53,072 bases of DNA from a virus (Duplodnaviria; Caudoviricetes). Within the stretch, counting starts at the first letter, position 1, and each line of letters opens with the position of its first letter. The position numbers and the translations under genes are program-made. Of the stretch, positions 9,926-19,049 are shown one piece after another. The stretch lies in the IMG/VR virus record IMGVR_UViG_3300007535_000007, positions 1 to 53,072 of that record; one strand, written 5' to 3'. The notes under the pieces are model-generated. The model saw only the letters and a program-made list of their open reading frames with translations. It had not been told where the DNA came from and made no database searches.

Positions 9926-10844
9926 TTGACAGCAATTCCAACTCACATAGACATGCAGACAGATTAATCTCTGGGTCGGCAACCATTGTATGATTGACTA
10001 GTGCATTTCGAATAATGAGAATAGATTTCATCTGCTTCTCGTCACTATCGCCCCAGTATTCGAGGTGCTCGTAGAAGTGGCGATATACATCCTCATATTC
10101 TTCCATCGGCACCTGTTTGCATATCAGCTGCCTTGCTTCTTTAATTTTTCCTTCACGAAAGAGCGCAACCATTTGTAGTTTATATTCGCTGTCGCCCAAT
10201 TCTTCCGTATGAGGTTTCTCTAAATGCCCTGTCTGAGAATTTTGTTGGCTAAGACCGATGCATTTTCTCATATCAGGATAAGTAGACTCTACATATAAAT
10301 CAAGCGTATCGAGATCAAACTCTACACCTTCCTCAATGAGGATGTTGGCAACTCTTGCTGTGAATTCGGTACGGTCAAGCTTCTCGATATGAAAACCTTG
10401 GCACCTGCTATGAATAGCTGGGATAATCTTATGAGGATAATTGCAAGTTAGAATAAAGCGGCAACTATTGCTGAACCGTTCCATAACACCGCGTAAAGCA
10501 GCCTGAGCATTAGGACTGAGATAATCGGCCTCATCTAATAGCACATACCGAAAGTCACTAAATGCCATTAATGATGCGAAGTTGGTAATACGATTACGAA
10601 CTTCTTCCACACCGTTTTCTGTCGAGCCGTTGATGAACATAATATCACCGGGATCAACACCCAATTCATTCAGTAGCACTTTGGCGAGTGTGGTCTTACC
10701 TGTTCCGGCGGCACCGCTAAATAGAAGATGCGGAATGGCACCTGATTGTAACCAACTTCCAACTTGGTTCTTTTGTTCGTCATCTCTAAAGACATAGTCT
10801 CCCATCTTTTGTGGTCTATGCTTCTCTACCCAAAGTTCTCTCAT
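9918..10844 (-). CDS. Clamp loader AAA+ subunit (T4 gp44 / RFC-small-like)
   Basis: LWVEKHRP, GAAGTGKTT, LLDEAD, SRC motif. Confidence 0.93.
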   Translation of the reverse strand: MRELWVEKHRPQKMGDYVFRDDEQKNQVGSWLQSGAIPHLLFSGAAGTGKTTLAKVLLNELGVDPGDIMFINGSTENGVEEVRNRITNFASLMAFSDFRYVLLDEADYLSPNAQAALRGVMERFSNSCRFILTCNYPHKIIPAIHSRCQGFHIEKLDRTEFTARVANILIEEGVEFDLDTLDLYVESTYPDMRKCIGLSQQNSQTGHLEKPHTEELGDSEYKLQMVALFREGKIKEARQLICKQVPMEEYEDVYRHFYEHLEYWGDSDEKQMKSILIIRNALVNHTMVADPEINLSACLCELELLSNE

Positions 10845-10856
10845 TGTGCGCTCCGC

Positions 10857-11201
10857 TTAAAGTTTAACATTAAATTTTGTTTCTTGGTTGATGATCATTT
10901 TGCCAAATGCATGCCATAATGGCTCGGTGTCTTCAGAAGAACAGTACCCAACATCTATATAATCTCCACAAATCTGCAAATCTATATATACTCGATTTTC
11001 TGCTTTATCAATCGGTATACTAACCGACACAGGGTATCGAGGGCGAAGGTTCTTGAGCGCTTCTATTTCTTCTTCGGTATATCGAAGTCGAACTAAAAAT
11101 TCTAATTTTTGAAGATGCTTCTGAAGTTCTTCGTCCTCCTTTGCAGATAATAAGGAGATAAGTTCTTCAATTGATAGATTGTCTTCTGTGTCGTTACTCA
11201 T
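10857..11201 (-). CDS. Hypothetical protein
   Basis: 114-aa ORF downstream of a sigma70-like promoter. Confidence 0.6.
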   Translation of the reverse strand: MSNDTEDNLSIEELISLLSAKEDEELQKHLQKLEFLVRLRYTEEEIEALKNLRPRYPVSVSIPIDKAENRVYIDLQICGDYIDVGYCSSEDTEPLWHAFGKMIINQETKFNVKL

Positions 11202-11229
11202 GAAATATGGTTATAGTTACTATAACCAT

Positions 11230-11258
11230 ATATTATTGGATTTGAGGCTAAATGTCAA
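11230..11258 (-). promoter_or_regulatory. Sigma70-like promoter TTGACA-N17-TAATAT, adjoining a 12-bp palindrome
   Basis: Consensus -35, 17-nt spacer; ATATGGTTATAG-TTA-CTATAACCATAT overlaps the start region. Confidence 0.6.
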
Positions 11259-11259
11259 A

Positions 11260-11595
11260 TCAAGAGTAACGCGCAGCAAACTCTACTGGGCATTCGTCTG
11301 CAACCATAATGAAAGGGTCTGGCCACTCAACTCCCCATAGGGTTACTTCTTCACCGTCAGAATTTAAAATTGTCATACCACGAGTCCAACGCCCGTGTTC
11401 TACCAAAACCCACTTACCCGGTGCTAGCTCATCGTCATGTACATCAGGACCAATGGCATAAATTTGTGCCCATCGAGGACGAACGCCCTCGCTCTTTCTG
11501 TTGTCGTCTGTCAGAACAATACCGCCTTTAGTGAGCCGCTCGCCCTTCTCCATATTCCAAATCAAAATCTTATTGTTTATTGCTTTCGCTTTCAT
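11260..11595 (-). CDS. GroES-like co-chaperonin (frame open further upstream to an ATG at 11787)
   Basis: KAINNKILI...TKGGIVL...AIGPDV...PGKWVLV; GAGGA SD before 11595. Confidence 0.75.
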   Translation of the reverse strand: MKAKAINNKILIWNMEKGERLTKGGIVLTDDNRKSEGVRPRWAQIYAIGPDVHDDELAPGKWVLVEHGRWTRGMTILNSDGEEVTLWGVEWPDPFIMVADECPVEFAARYS

Positions 11596-11779
11596 CTGTG
11601 CGTGTTCCTCTAGTAAGTATGATAATAGTTCGGGATTAATTTCAGGATCTTTAAGGATCGCATGACACATTGTCGCTTCCCGTTTTTCGGGCGGTAATGA
11701 TTGAAGATCTTTACATAACTGAGTAGTCTTTTCTTTAGATCTATTTTGGGTCTCTAATAGACTGACTATGTATTCTAGA

Positions 11780-12025
11780 CTATTCATTAAAATATCGACG
11801 TGGTATATCTTGTAACCCATCCAAAACCTGTGCAATCGTCTTTTTAGGTAGCTTGGTGCTGTTATGCAACAAAACGACAATTGCTTCGTATTGCAGCCCC
11901 GATGCCATTAACCCTTCCAGCACGGCCTGCATCTTCTTCACATCATCGTGCAAGCGGACAATCGACTCATATTTTTCAAATGTGCCGTCTAGACGCTTTA
12001 CGAATTCTGTCTTCGGTTCAATCAT
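11780..12025 (-). CDS. Hypothetical protein
   Basis: 81-aa ORF in operon. Confidence 0.6.
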   Translation of the reverse strand: MIEPKTEFVKRLDGTFEKYESIVRLHDDVKKMQAVLEGLMASGLQYEAIVVLLHNSTKLPKKTIAQVLDGLQDIPRRYFNE

Positions 12026-12384
12026 TAATCGCTCTTCTTCTTTCTTGATGAGGTTTTCTTGACCTCGATAGAACCGTCTTCCATCGTAACTTCTTCATAG
12101 CTCGTTCCATCTTCACGAGTTTTGATTTTGCCTTCAACCTTGCCAGCAGGCTCTTCTCGGTCTACAGTTGGCTTTGGACGGACCGAGCCTTTTGTTACCT
12201 GCTTGGTGGCTTTATGATAAGGCGCCACACGCTCGGAAACCGGTTGAACAATGCGACCGCCGCGGACCTTATCTCCACGAGCATTGACACCCATGTTACC
12301 AGATGCAATAGTCTTATCATTTTCCATTCGTATCTCGTCCATGTTAACGAGTTGCCCTTTGGCTGTTCTATATGTTTTTCCCAT
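12025..12384 (-). CDS. Hypothetical phage protein
   Basis: YRTAKG..VNM, GNMGVNARGD; GGAG SD. Confidence 0.7.
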   Translation of the reverse strand: MGKTYRTAKGQLVNMDEIRMENDKTIASGNMGVNARGDKVRGGRIVQPVSERVAPYHKATKQVTKGSVRPKPTVDREEPAGKVEGKIKTREDGTSYEEVTMEDGSIEVKKTSSRKKKSD

Positions 12385-12547
12385 TTCTATTCTCCAATTC
12401 CTTTATCTCATCTTTTAGTAAAAGACGTTTATGCTTCATCGTATTTAGTTCATCATCAGATGCGTAGTTATTATAAGCTTCGGATATTTCTTTATCTAAC
12501 TCTGCATGTTGCCTCTTTAATTCTCCCAAATACTCGACGGTATGCAT
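12368..12547 (-). CDS. DUF465/YdcH-like small coiled-coil protein (59 aa, absent from ORF track)
   Basis: Manual translation MHTVEYLGELKRQHAELDKEISEAYNNYASDDELNTMKHKRLLLKDEIKELENRNGKNI; GGAG SD. Confidence 0.75.
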   Translation of the reverse strand: MHTVEYLGELKRQHAELDKEISEAYNNYASDDELNTMKHKRLLLKDEIKELENRNGKNI

Positions 12548-12556
12548 AATGTTCTC

Positions 12557-13087
12557 CTATTTTAAAAATTCCTCAATCGGAAGTTCGTATTTTAAACTAT
12601 TGATTTTATGTACGCCCAACAGATATAGCGTATACGATGCAACGCTGGACCCACGCCCAACGCCCCATATAATATCTTTCTCCCTCATATAATCGACCAG
12701 GTAGGCCAGAAACTGAAGGACTGGAATGAGCTGTCGTTCTTCGAAAAGCAACATTTCAGCCTCCACTCGTTGCCTCTCATCGTCTGTCTTGCAGCGACTA
12801 AGAACCAGGTCACGAATGTCCATCGCCTTATATCTTTCTGGGATCCGCCAATCACCAGCCCGGTCTGCATGGTAGGTCTCGGCGTCCAGGCCATCCTCGA
12901 CCGGTGACCGCACCCTGGTGTCACGACCGAGCACCTTCTCCGACCATCTGTTGAATCTCGCCCTTTCATCTTCATCTACCACAACACAACCATCAAGGCG
13001 ATGCCCTCGGAGACAGGCGTCAACACCCTCCGCGACCCCAATCAGAGCATTCCCATACTGATCGATTTTTACTTTTCGGGCTTCCAT
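12557..13087 (-). CDS. Stand-alone fragment of DNA polymerase III alpha (DnaE-like)
   Basis: WGVGRGSSVASYTLYLLGVHKINSLKYELPIEEFLK matches the DnaE GRGS region; only 176 aa. Confidence 0.8.
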   Translation of the reverse strand: MEARKVKIDQYGNALIGVAEGVDACLRGHRLDGCVVVDEDERARFNRWSEKVLGRDTRVRSPVEDGLDAETYHADRAGDWRIPERYKAMDIRDLVLSRCKTDDERQRVEAEMLLFEERQLIPVLQFLAYLVDYMREKDIIWGVGRGSSVASYTLYLLGVHKINSLKYELPIEEFLK

Positions 13088-13722
13088 GTATCCATTGTAA
13101 TGATGTCTGCTTCATTTGTCAAGAACGCCTTTTCAATCTCTTTCAAAGGGTCGCCTGCGACTAACTCAGCAAAATATTCATCCTTGCTATCTTCTTTTGT
13201 GAAGTCAACCGTTTCAATCGTCTCTCGTTCCCACCAGGGCTTTTTATAGGCTGCTTCTACACCCAGATATTCAATGCCAGGGAGCAATCCATCTAAATCA
13301 CCGGCGACCATCCGCTTGATGTTTCCTGTATCGCTGCTCCAAAGGGTGACATTTACAATTAGCAGATTGTTTCCGACAATTGCTCGTATTTTTGAAAGAA
13401 TTAATGATGCTACTAGAACATCGTCTGGCTCCCCTGGAGACTTAAAGAGGACGTTGTCTACTTCTTCTTCAAGAAGGTGAACAATGTCTGAATCATTATT
13501 AATGAGGATGGTATCATTTAATGCAATTTCCATCCATGCCTTAATCTTGCCAAAACCAAGAGCCGCAGATTCTACAGATTTTTCCGTATGCGGCTTAGGT
13601 GCCACAACAACCTCAAGATTAAATTCACATGGTGTAATATGAGTATTGATAATACGAGTAGCAGGAAATGTGTGTGGCAAAGTTACAATTGTATGAAACG
13701 GTCCAAGATCATGACTCGTCAT
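13069..13722 (-). CDS. Hypothetical protein
   Basis: 217-aa ORF. Confidence 0.7.
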   Translation of the reverse strand: MTSHDLGPFHTIVTLPHTFPATRIINTHITPCEFNLEVVVAPKPHTEKSVESAALGFGKIKAWMEIALNDTILINNDSDIVHLLEEEVDNVLFKSPGEPDDVLVASLILSKIRAIVGNNLLIVNVTLWSSDTGNIKRMVAGDLDGLLPGIEYLGVEAAYKKPWWERETIETVDFTKEDSKDEYFAELVAGDPLKEIEKAFLTNEADIITMDTWKPEK

Positions 13723-13987
13723 CGGGCTTCCTTAGATTCGAGATATCTCTGACTTCCCCGATTTCAATGGCTCCGTCGGGACTCTTTTCTAAATATTCTT
13801 CATGTTTATGTTTTGCAATTCGAGTTTGGTACTCGTCTTGATATGTCTCATACTGAAGCATTGCGCTTTCGTACATGGTTGTCTGCCCTACACCTAGAGC
13901 GTAGGCAGCAACTTCGTGACATCTATTCATTTTTTTCAACAGGTCTTCGTCCGTCAATGACGAAGCATTGATAAAAGGATGATCCAT
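13709..13987 (-). CDS. Hypothetical protein
   Basis: 92-aa ORF with AGGA SD. Confidence 0.65.
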   Translation of the reverse strand: MDHPFINASSLTDEDLLKKMNRCHEVAAYALGVGQTTMYESAMLQYETYQDEYQTRIAKHKHEEYLEKSPDGAIEIGEVRDISNLRKPDDES

Positions 13988-14005
13988 ATATATGTGTCCT
14001 ATGTG

Positions 14006-14032
14006 TAAAGCAGGGGGTCCGAAGACCCCCGC
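14006..14032 (-). terminator. Intrinsic terminator with cUUCGg tetraloop
   Basis: GGGGGTC-TTCG-GACCCCC followed by TGCTTT on the minus strand. Confidence 0.75.
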
Positions 14033-14035
14033 TCA

Positions 14036-14179
14036 TTAACGCTCTTGTTGATTGTCGTCGTTGCCAGGAAGCCCACCGCCGTTTCCGCCGGTGCTATCCT
14101 TTTTGGCCGTTACCTTCTTATACATAAAGTAAACGATGCCTAGAGCAACAATAATTCCTAATACTGCTTGAATTTCCAT
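14036..14179 (-). CDS. 47-aa single-TM protein (absent from ORF track)
   Basis: MEIQAVLGIIVALGIVYFMYKKVTAKKDSTGGNGGGLPGNDDNQQER; GGAGG SD, GATAAATA promoter, own terminator. Confidence 0.8.
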   Translation of the reverse strand: MEIQAVLGIIVALGIVYFMYKKVTAKKDSTGGNGGGLPGNDDNQQER

Positions 14180-14208
14180 AGTATTCCTCCATTGTTGTTA
14201 GTTATTTA

Positions 14209-14616
14209 TCAGAGTTTGTAATCTGTGCCCCATCGTTGTTTTAGCTTTTTCAGATTTTCTTCTTGTTCCATCAGGTCCATATATGTACCAGAATCGATCG
14301 TGTAGGTGCCAACTTCCGGAGTTGTAGAAGGTCCTGTCGTAGTCCACTGTGGGCCCGTTTGCCTTTGATATTTATCAAAGGTGCCAAGAGTGCTGATAAT
14401 CTCTTCTAAGAGGTTAATTCGTCTGTGAAGAGCCTCTTGACTTGCTGCTGCTTTTGCTGTTTTTCTAAAAGGCCCATCACAACAATCATCTGATGTCTCA
14501 GTCATCGAGACCACAAAGAGAAATTTCTTTAATGCTTTCTTTATTCTAGGATCGTCCGACATTAGAGCACGATCCAATGTATCTATTAGCTGTTCATATA
14601 GCTCTTCTTCTTCCAT
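14209..14616 (-). CDS. Hypothetical protein
   Basis: 135-aa ORF. Confidence 0.6.
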   Translation of the reverse strand: MEEEELYEQLIDTLDRALMSDDPRIKKALKKFLFVVSMTETSDDCCDGPFRKTAKAAASQEALHRRINLLEEIISTLGTFDKYQRQTGPQWTTTGPSTTPEVGTYTIDSGTYMDLMEQEENLKKLKQRWGTDYKL

Positions 14617-14618
14617 TA

Positions 14619-14849
14619 TTAATATTCCTCGGTCAAGTCTTCGTCATCATCTATATCTTCGTTGTGAATATCATACCTATCACAAATATTCTTCACTTCG
14701 TCAGCCAGTTCGAGATCACCTTTATAAGTACCAGTGACATAGAACATTGGAGCAAGCCCTGCATCAACATCGTCCGGGTCCATTGCTGGAACAAAAGAAA
14801 GAAGAAATCGGATGTCTTTCTGAATCTGTTTTGGTAAACTGTCTTTCAT
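14619..14849 (-). CDS. Hypothetical protein
   Basis: 76-aa acidic ORF. Confidence 0.6.
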   Translation of the reverse strand: MKDSLPKQIQKDIRFLLSFVPAMDPDDVDAGLAPMFYVTGTYKGDLELADEVKNICDRYDIHNEDIDDDEDLTEEY

Positions 14850-14880
14850 ATCATTGCCTTAATGATTATTAATACTAAGT

Positions 14881-15252
14881 TTAACGCATTATGGTCGAGA
14901 TGTCAAGAAGTTCTTCGGCTTCATCAAATAGGTAACGATAGAACATTGAACCGGACAGCGATTCTCGAATCGAGCGGCGCAGTAAGAGTAACTTTGTACC
15001 ATCTTCTTGAAAAGCTGCCACCATAATTTCTCCAGGTTCTAAATAGTGTCTGATGTCATCACCTTTGAGCGAAAAAGATTTTTCTACACCGTATATAATT
15101 GCTTGAGTAAAAAATTCCTTCTCAAAAGTACCGGAAAGAACAGGACTAGGAAAAATATATTCTAAAAGACTTAACGCACGAACAATTTTAAATGTTTTTA
15201 ATGGAATCGGTTGTCCTAGCTCCACGCAAAAGACAATTTTCGACATATCCAT
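14881..15252 (-). CDS. Hypothetical protein
   Basis: 123-aa ORF. Confidence 0.55.
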   Translation of the reverse strand: MDMSKIVFCVELGQPIPLKTFKIVRALSLLEYIFPSPVLSGTFEKEFFTQAIIYGVEKSFSLKGDDIRHYLEPGEIMVAAFQEDGTKLLLLRRSIRESLSGSMFYRYLFDEAEELLDISTIMR

Positions 15253-15256
15253 CGAA

Positions 15257-15583
15257 CTATACGAGCCCGTCCGAATCTAGCCAGCGAACGAATTCCGTCC
15301 TACCTGCTTCGGTTAGCGACAAACGAACAACTTCTCCAGATTTGATTTCTAATATCTCGTCAATAACAAACATGCGAAAATTCTTTTTCGGTCGAAGAAA
15401 GAACATTTTTTCTTTATGTCCTAGATAGGTAAATAAACCTACTTCTACAAGCTCACGAAGAGTATAGTGATCGTCGTAAATACTTTCATCAGAATATTGA
15501 CTGCCCGATCTCTCCGAAACAACTGGAAGAGGTACATCAGTGCGTAACAAATAATGTAATTCCTCAATTCGTTCTTGATTCAT
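15257..15583 (-). CDS. Hypothetical protein
   Basis: 108-aa ORF. Confidence 0.55.
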   Translation of the reverse strand: MNQERIEELHYLLRTDVPLPVVSERSGSQYSDESIYDDHYTLRELVEVGLFTYLGHKEKMFFLRPKKNFRMFVIDEILEIKSGEVVRLSLTEAGRTEFVRWLDSDGLV

Positions 15584-15631
15584 AACGTACCCCTTGTTGG
15601 TCTTCTATTTATTTAGTACGAAAGACAGATT

Positions 15632-15922
15632 TTACTGTATTTGCTTTGCGATTTCTTTCTGTGTTGCTCGACGCTGTTTATTGAGGAAAATTCGAGTCTC
15701 TCGATTTATACTTTCTCGCATATACCAACCAGCATCGATTGATTGAGAGACAGTTCCGCCAAAGATTGCAGCTCCTACTACCGTGCCGATTGCATTAGGA
15801 ATGGAAGAAACGATATCTGAGCCCGTGTCTCCCACATGCTGCGCCCCATGTCTAGCATCATTTGAAACGGTAGCGCAACCGGACATTGCGATGATCGCTA
15901 TTAATAACAGTTTATTTCTCAT
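15632..15922 (-). CDS. Putative lipoprotein
   Basis: MRNKLLLIAIIAMSG|C lipobox-like signal. Confidence 0.6.
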   Translation of the reverse strand: MRNKLLLIAIIAMSGCATVSNDARHGAQHVGDTGSDIVSSIPNAIGTVVGAAIFGGTVSQSIDAGWYMRESINRETRIFLNKQRRATQKEIAKQIQ

Positions 15923-16379
15923 CATATAACCATAGCGTGACATTGATGTTTGCATCGGAGAAGCTGTTTTTCATCATGTTTATAATCGTGTCTCGATTGC
16001 CGCCACCGAGTCCGCCGCCAACGAGCGGCATATGAAGATCGGCACAAGATACGATGCCTGATTGTGCTATCGCGGCGCTCTCGTTGAACACCTTCTGAAG
16101 TGCGTTGTAGTCCACATAGATATTATCGTCTCTGCCAAATAGGTGTTGCGTGATCCCGTTCAATATGACCAGATTATCAGTTACTGGTGCTACTACCACT
16201 TCGCCAAGATTCAAACCGTGTCGATTGTGCTGGTTGCGGTAGATGGCATACGCCTCTGGGTATTGCATGGCGATAATACGAGCAACGCCGCTACCCATGA
16301 CACCTTGCGCATTACAGCCATGTAGAATATATCCTTCCTTTGCTGTGAACAGATCGCCATTCTGTATTTGAAAACTCAC
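15912..16379 (-). CDS. Macro-domain protein (T4 Tk.4-like ADP-ribose processing)
   Basis: GDLF, HGCNAQGVMGSGVA, MPLVGGGLGGG. Confidence 0.9.
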   Translation of the reverse strand: MSFQIQNGDLFTAKEGYILHGCNAQGVMGSGVARIIAMQYPEAYAIYRNQHNRHGLNLGEVVVAPVTDNLVILNGITQHLFGRDDNIYVDYNALQKVFNESAAIAQSGIVSCADLHMPLVGGGLGGGNRDTIINMMKNSFSDANINVTLWLYDEK

Positions 16380-16573
16380 GAGTCAAACACCATTCTAAAG
16401 TTAAAACATGTTGGGCACATGTACATCAGTGTCGCTCTTTGATGCATTGGTGTTCCAGATTCCCAGGCTTCCATGACACTACCGCATACATTACAAGGCC
16501 CGCCCATTTCCTCAATTCGACGTTCGTGTTCTTTTTGCTTCCTTTTTTCTTCAAAATCTATAATATTACTCAT
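16376..16573 (-). CDS. Small Zn-ribbon protein
   Basis: CNVC...CPTC. Confidence 0.6.
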   Translation of the reverse strand: MSNIIDFEEKRKQKEHERRIEEMGGPCNVCGSVMEAWESGTPMHQRATLMYMCPTCFNFRMVFDS

Positions 16574-16590
16574 AATTACTATTTACCGTA

Positions 16591-17016
16591 TTACGAAACG
16601 CCTTTTGGATCTTCATATAGATCTTTGTTCGGATAAAAGGGTATTGGGTCTTTTTTAAAAATACATACTGTGAACTTTTGAAAACTATCGAAGATTCTAA
16701 CACGGCCTCCTAGTGGAAACTTTAAGCTAAATTTAAAAGCATCCTTTGGGTCTCGGTAACCGAGATAGAAACAATTATATGCAAAAGAACCTACAGCAGT
16801 GGATACCATGTAATGTCTTATTAAAGCTTGCCAATCATATCTAAGATGCGAGTCTTGCGCAATGCCGTAGTGGTCGGCTATTGTTTCGGTAAGCTCTATG
16901 CTGTTGTTGATATGATATAGATAAAAACCATCTTGGGCATAGATCGTTGTATCTAGATAGACTTTGGCGGGCCTATAAGACAAGATCGGCAATCGCCTAT
17001 TGCTATAGTCCATCAC
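16591..17016 (-). CDS. Hypothetical protein
   Basis: 141-aa ORF; DPKDAFKFSLKF. Confidence 0.6.
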   Translation of the reverse strand: MMDYSNRRLPILSYRPAKVYLDTTIYAQDGFYLYHINNSIELTETIADHYGIAQDSHLRYDWQALIRHYMVSTAVGSFAYNCFYLGYRDPKDAFKFSLKFPLGGRVRIFDSFQKFTVCIFKKDPIPFYPNKDLYEDPKGVS

Positions 17017-17738
17017 ACCTTTTCCCTAAGGGCTAGTTTAAAATATTCTTTTTTCATTCTGTTGTCAGATATATTGTCTGTAATATAGAAGGTTATAACT
17101 GCGCCGCCCTGCTTGAGCATGTTCTTTTTAGACTTAGGGCTCATCTTAAAATCTCTATACATGAGGATAAAAAAAGAAGACGTTGAAAAAACGCGCGGCA
17201 TAATACGCGACCCGGCAGGTTTCTCGAGGATTGCTTGGCGATAATATCTTACTTTTTTTCTGGCGTTTTTTTCGACGGCCCAACTGTCATTCCCAAAAAG
17301 TGTATCCATCCTTGCACAGAACCTCTGAAAGGTTTTTTCATTCACGAAGCATAGATCTACCGATTTGGAAAATTTCTTTGGTGAATCTTCTTTATGAACC
17401 GGAATATGAACAACCGTGTTACAATGCTTCTCAAGCTCACTAACGATGTCAACTCCTAGATCTGAAAATCGAAGCCGGCGGCGAAACTCCTTGCTATATG
17501 CAAGCTTGATAGAAAATTGAATAGACTGATCGCATCCGTTTTTTGCCGTTACCGTGTTGTAATCTTGCAATCCTTTAATAGATTGAATGATTGGCGGGCC
17601 AGTCTTTCTGCCCGCCCATTTCTTAACGTACCTAGGACTCATGGTTCCAAGGAACTGGTTCAATGCGCGGAGTTCTGCCAGATTCCCATTAAAAGTAAAA
17701 ACTAAACTACTGCGATTGAGTAATTGATCCCTGTCCAT
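17013..17738 (-). CDS. Hypothetical basic protein
   Basis: 241-aa ORF ending KKEYFKLALREKV. Confidence 0.6.
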   Translation of the reverse strand: MDRDQLLNRSSLVFTFNGNLAELRALNQFLGTMSPRYVKKWAGRKTGPPIIQSIKGLQDYNTVTAKNGCDQSIQFSIKLAYSKEFRRRLRFSDLGVDIVSELEKHCNTVVHIPVHKEDSPKKFSKSVDLCFVNEKTFQRFCARMDTLFGNDSWAVEKNARKKVRYYRQAILEKPAGSRIMPRVFSTSSFFILMYRDFKMSPKSKKNMLKQGGAVITFYITDNISDNRMKKEYFKLALREKV

Positions 17739-17739
17739 T

Positions 17740-18249
17740 TTAGATTCGTAGCCCCATACCTTTCATTGCCAATAGGACTTCTGCGTTACCTTTTGCATCA
17801 TTTACTGGGTGATGATCATGTTTTGTCTTACGAAGATGCTTGAAACTCGAATACATGTCTTTTTGCATGCCTTTCCAAATATCGTTGATATTTCTGCTGC
17901 TCCAACCGAACGGGTTTTTGCCAAGATACCGATGAAAATAATAGTTGATAAAACTCCAATCATAGCCGTTATTATCGGAGAAGAATATCAATCGACCTTT
18001 TCGATTCTCTTCTAACCAGTCTGCGAATCTCTGCATGGTCACCGCAGGGTCATCGAAGGCAAGGTGCTCTTCTCGACTAAACCCACTAACTGCCAATGCC
18101 TGCGGTACCCATTCTGTACTAATTGGTGCGGTCGTACCATAGAAGGTGCGCACAATTGGGTCTTCCACAATGACCGCACCAAAACATACCATACTATATA
18201 GCCCGGGGACTTGCCCATCGCTTTCAACATCTACTACTATACCAGTCAT
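17740..18249 (-). CDS. DEDDh 3'-5' exonuclease (Rv2179c / RNase AS-like)
   Basis: VDVESDG, NGYDWSF, HHPVNDA. Confidence 0.85.
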   Translation of the reverse strand: MTGIVVDVESDGQVPGLYSMVCFGAVIVEDPIVRTFYGTTAPISTEWVPQALAVSGFSREEHLAFDDPAVTMQRFADWLEENRKGRLIFFSDNNGYDWSFINYYFHRYLGKNPFGWSSRNINDIWKGMQKDMYSSFKHLRKTKHDHHPVNDAKGNAEVLLAMKGMGLRI

Positions 18250-18255
18250 ATTTCT

Positions 18256-18630
18256 TTACCTTTTAATTGTTCCTTTTAATTGTTGTATAAAAAGAACTCT
18301 TTGTCTTTGTCTACGAACAGGGATTGCTATTATTCCAACAACGATGGCAAGGGTTGCTACTAGTGGCCACAGGAGCAAGAAAAGTGCCGGAATAAACATG
18401 CCAAATGGTATTACCACTATAACTTCAAGAACATGGGGTTTGGCTATTGCACTAAAAAATCCATCTGAGTCAGAAATTGAATCTAGTATTTTGCCTGTCT
18501 CAATATAGGTTTTGATTATATTCCTAATTGCCAATATACCATAAAAAAAGCCGAATATAGCACTGGCAATGATTATCGGACCAACCCAAAAATCTACCAC
18601 AGATGTATATATTTCATTCATCAGTTCCAT
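18256..18630 (-). CDS. Membrane protein
   Basis: 2-3 hydrophobic segments; C-terminal VLFIQQLKG. Confidence 0.6.
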   Translation of the reverse strand: MELMNEIYTSVVDFWVGPIIIASAIFGFFYGILAIRNIIKTYIETGKILDSISDSDGFFSAIAKPHVLEVIVVIPFGMFIPALFLLLWPLVATLAIVVGIIAIPVRRQRQRVLFIQQLKGTIKR

Positions 18631-19049
18631 TACTTCTTCCTTCCGGCATCTTGGGCCTGGTCAATTGAACCTACATATTGAACTGCGCCCTTATTGTAAG
18701 CAGGCGCAAGGCATTTGCCTTTGCGAATAATCTCCGATGCTACATCTGGTGCTTCTTTACCTGATAACGCAACCTCCATCATGCTTGATCTGGCTGTTGC
18801 ATCTTTTCCGCTGCCCGTATCCAATGATGGGATATCTCGGGTCCGGTCCATCTTTGTGCGCCATGTATAGTCAGGTAATTTATTTGTTGTCGAAGAGGTC
18901 GTTCTCTTTGGTGTCGCCAAGGTGTCAACAGGCGGCAGGCCTTGACTAGCCCTTTGACGATTATACTCCCTCAATCTCGCCTGTTGAACCTTTGTCATCT
19001 TTTTCTTACGTCGAATCGACGGCGTCGAATTTAGATATATCGTTGTCAT
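18630..19049 (-). CDS. Conserved T4-like phage protein
   Basis: C-terminal LAPAYNKGAVQYV motif. Confidence 0.65.
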   Translation of the reverse strand: MTTIYLNSTPSIRRKKKMTKVQQARLREYNRQRASQGLPPVDTLATPKRTTSSTTNKLPDYTWRTKMDRTRDIPSLDTGSGKDATARSSMMEVALSGKEAPDVASEIIRKGKCLAPAYNKGAVQYVGSIDQAQDAGRKK

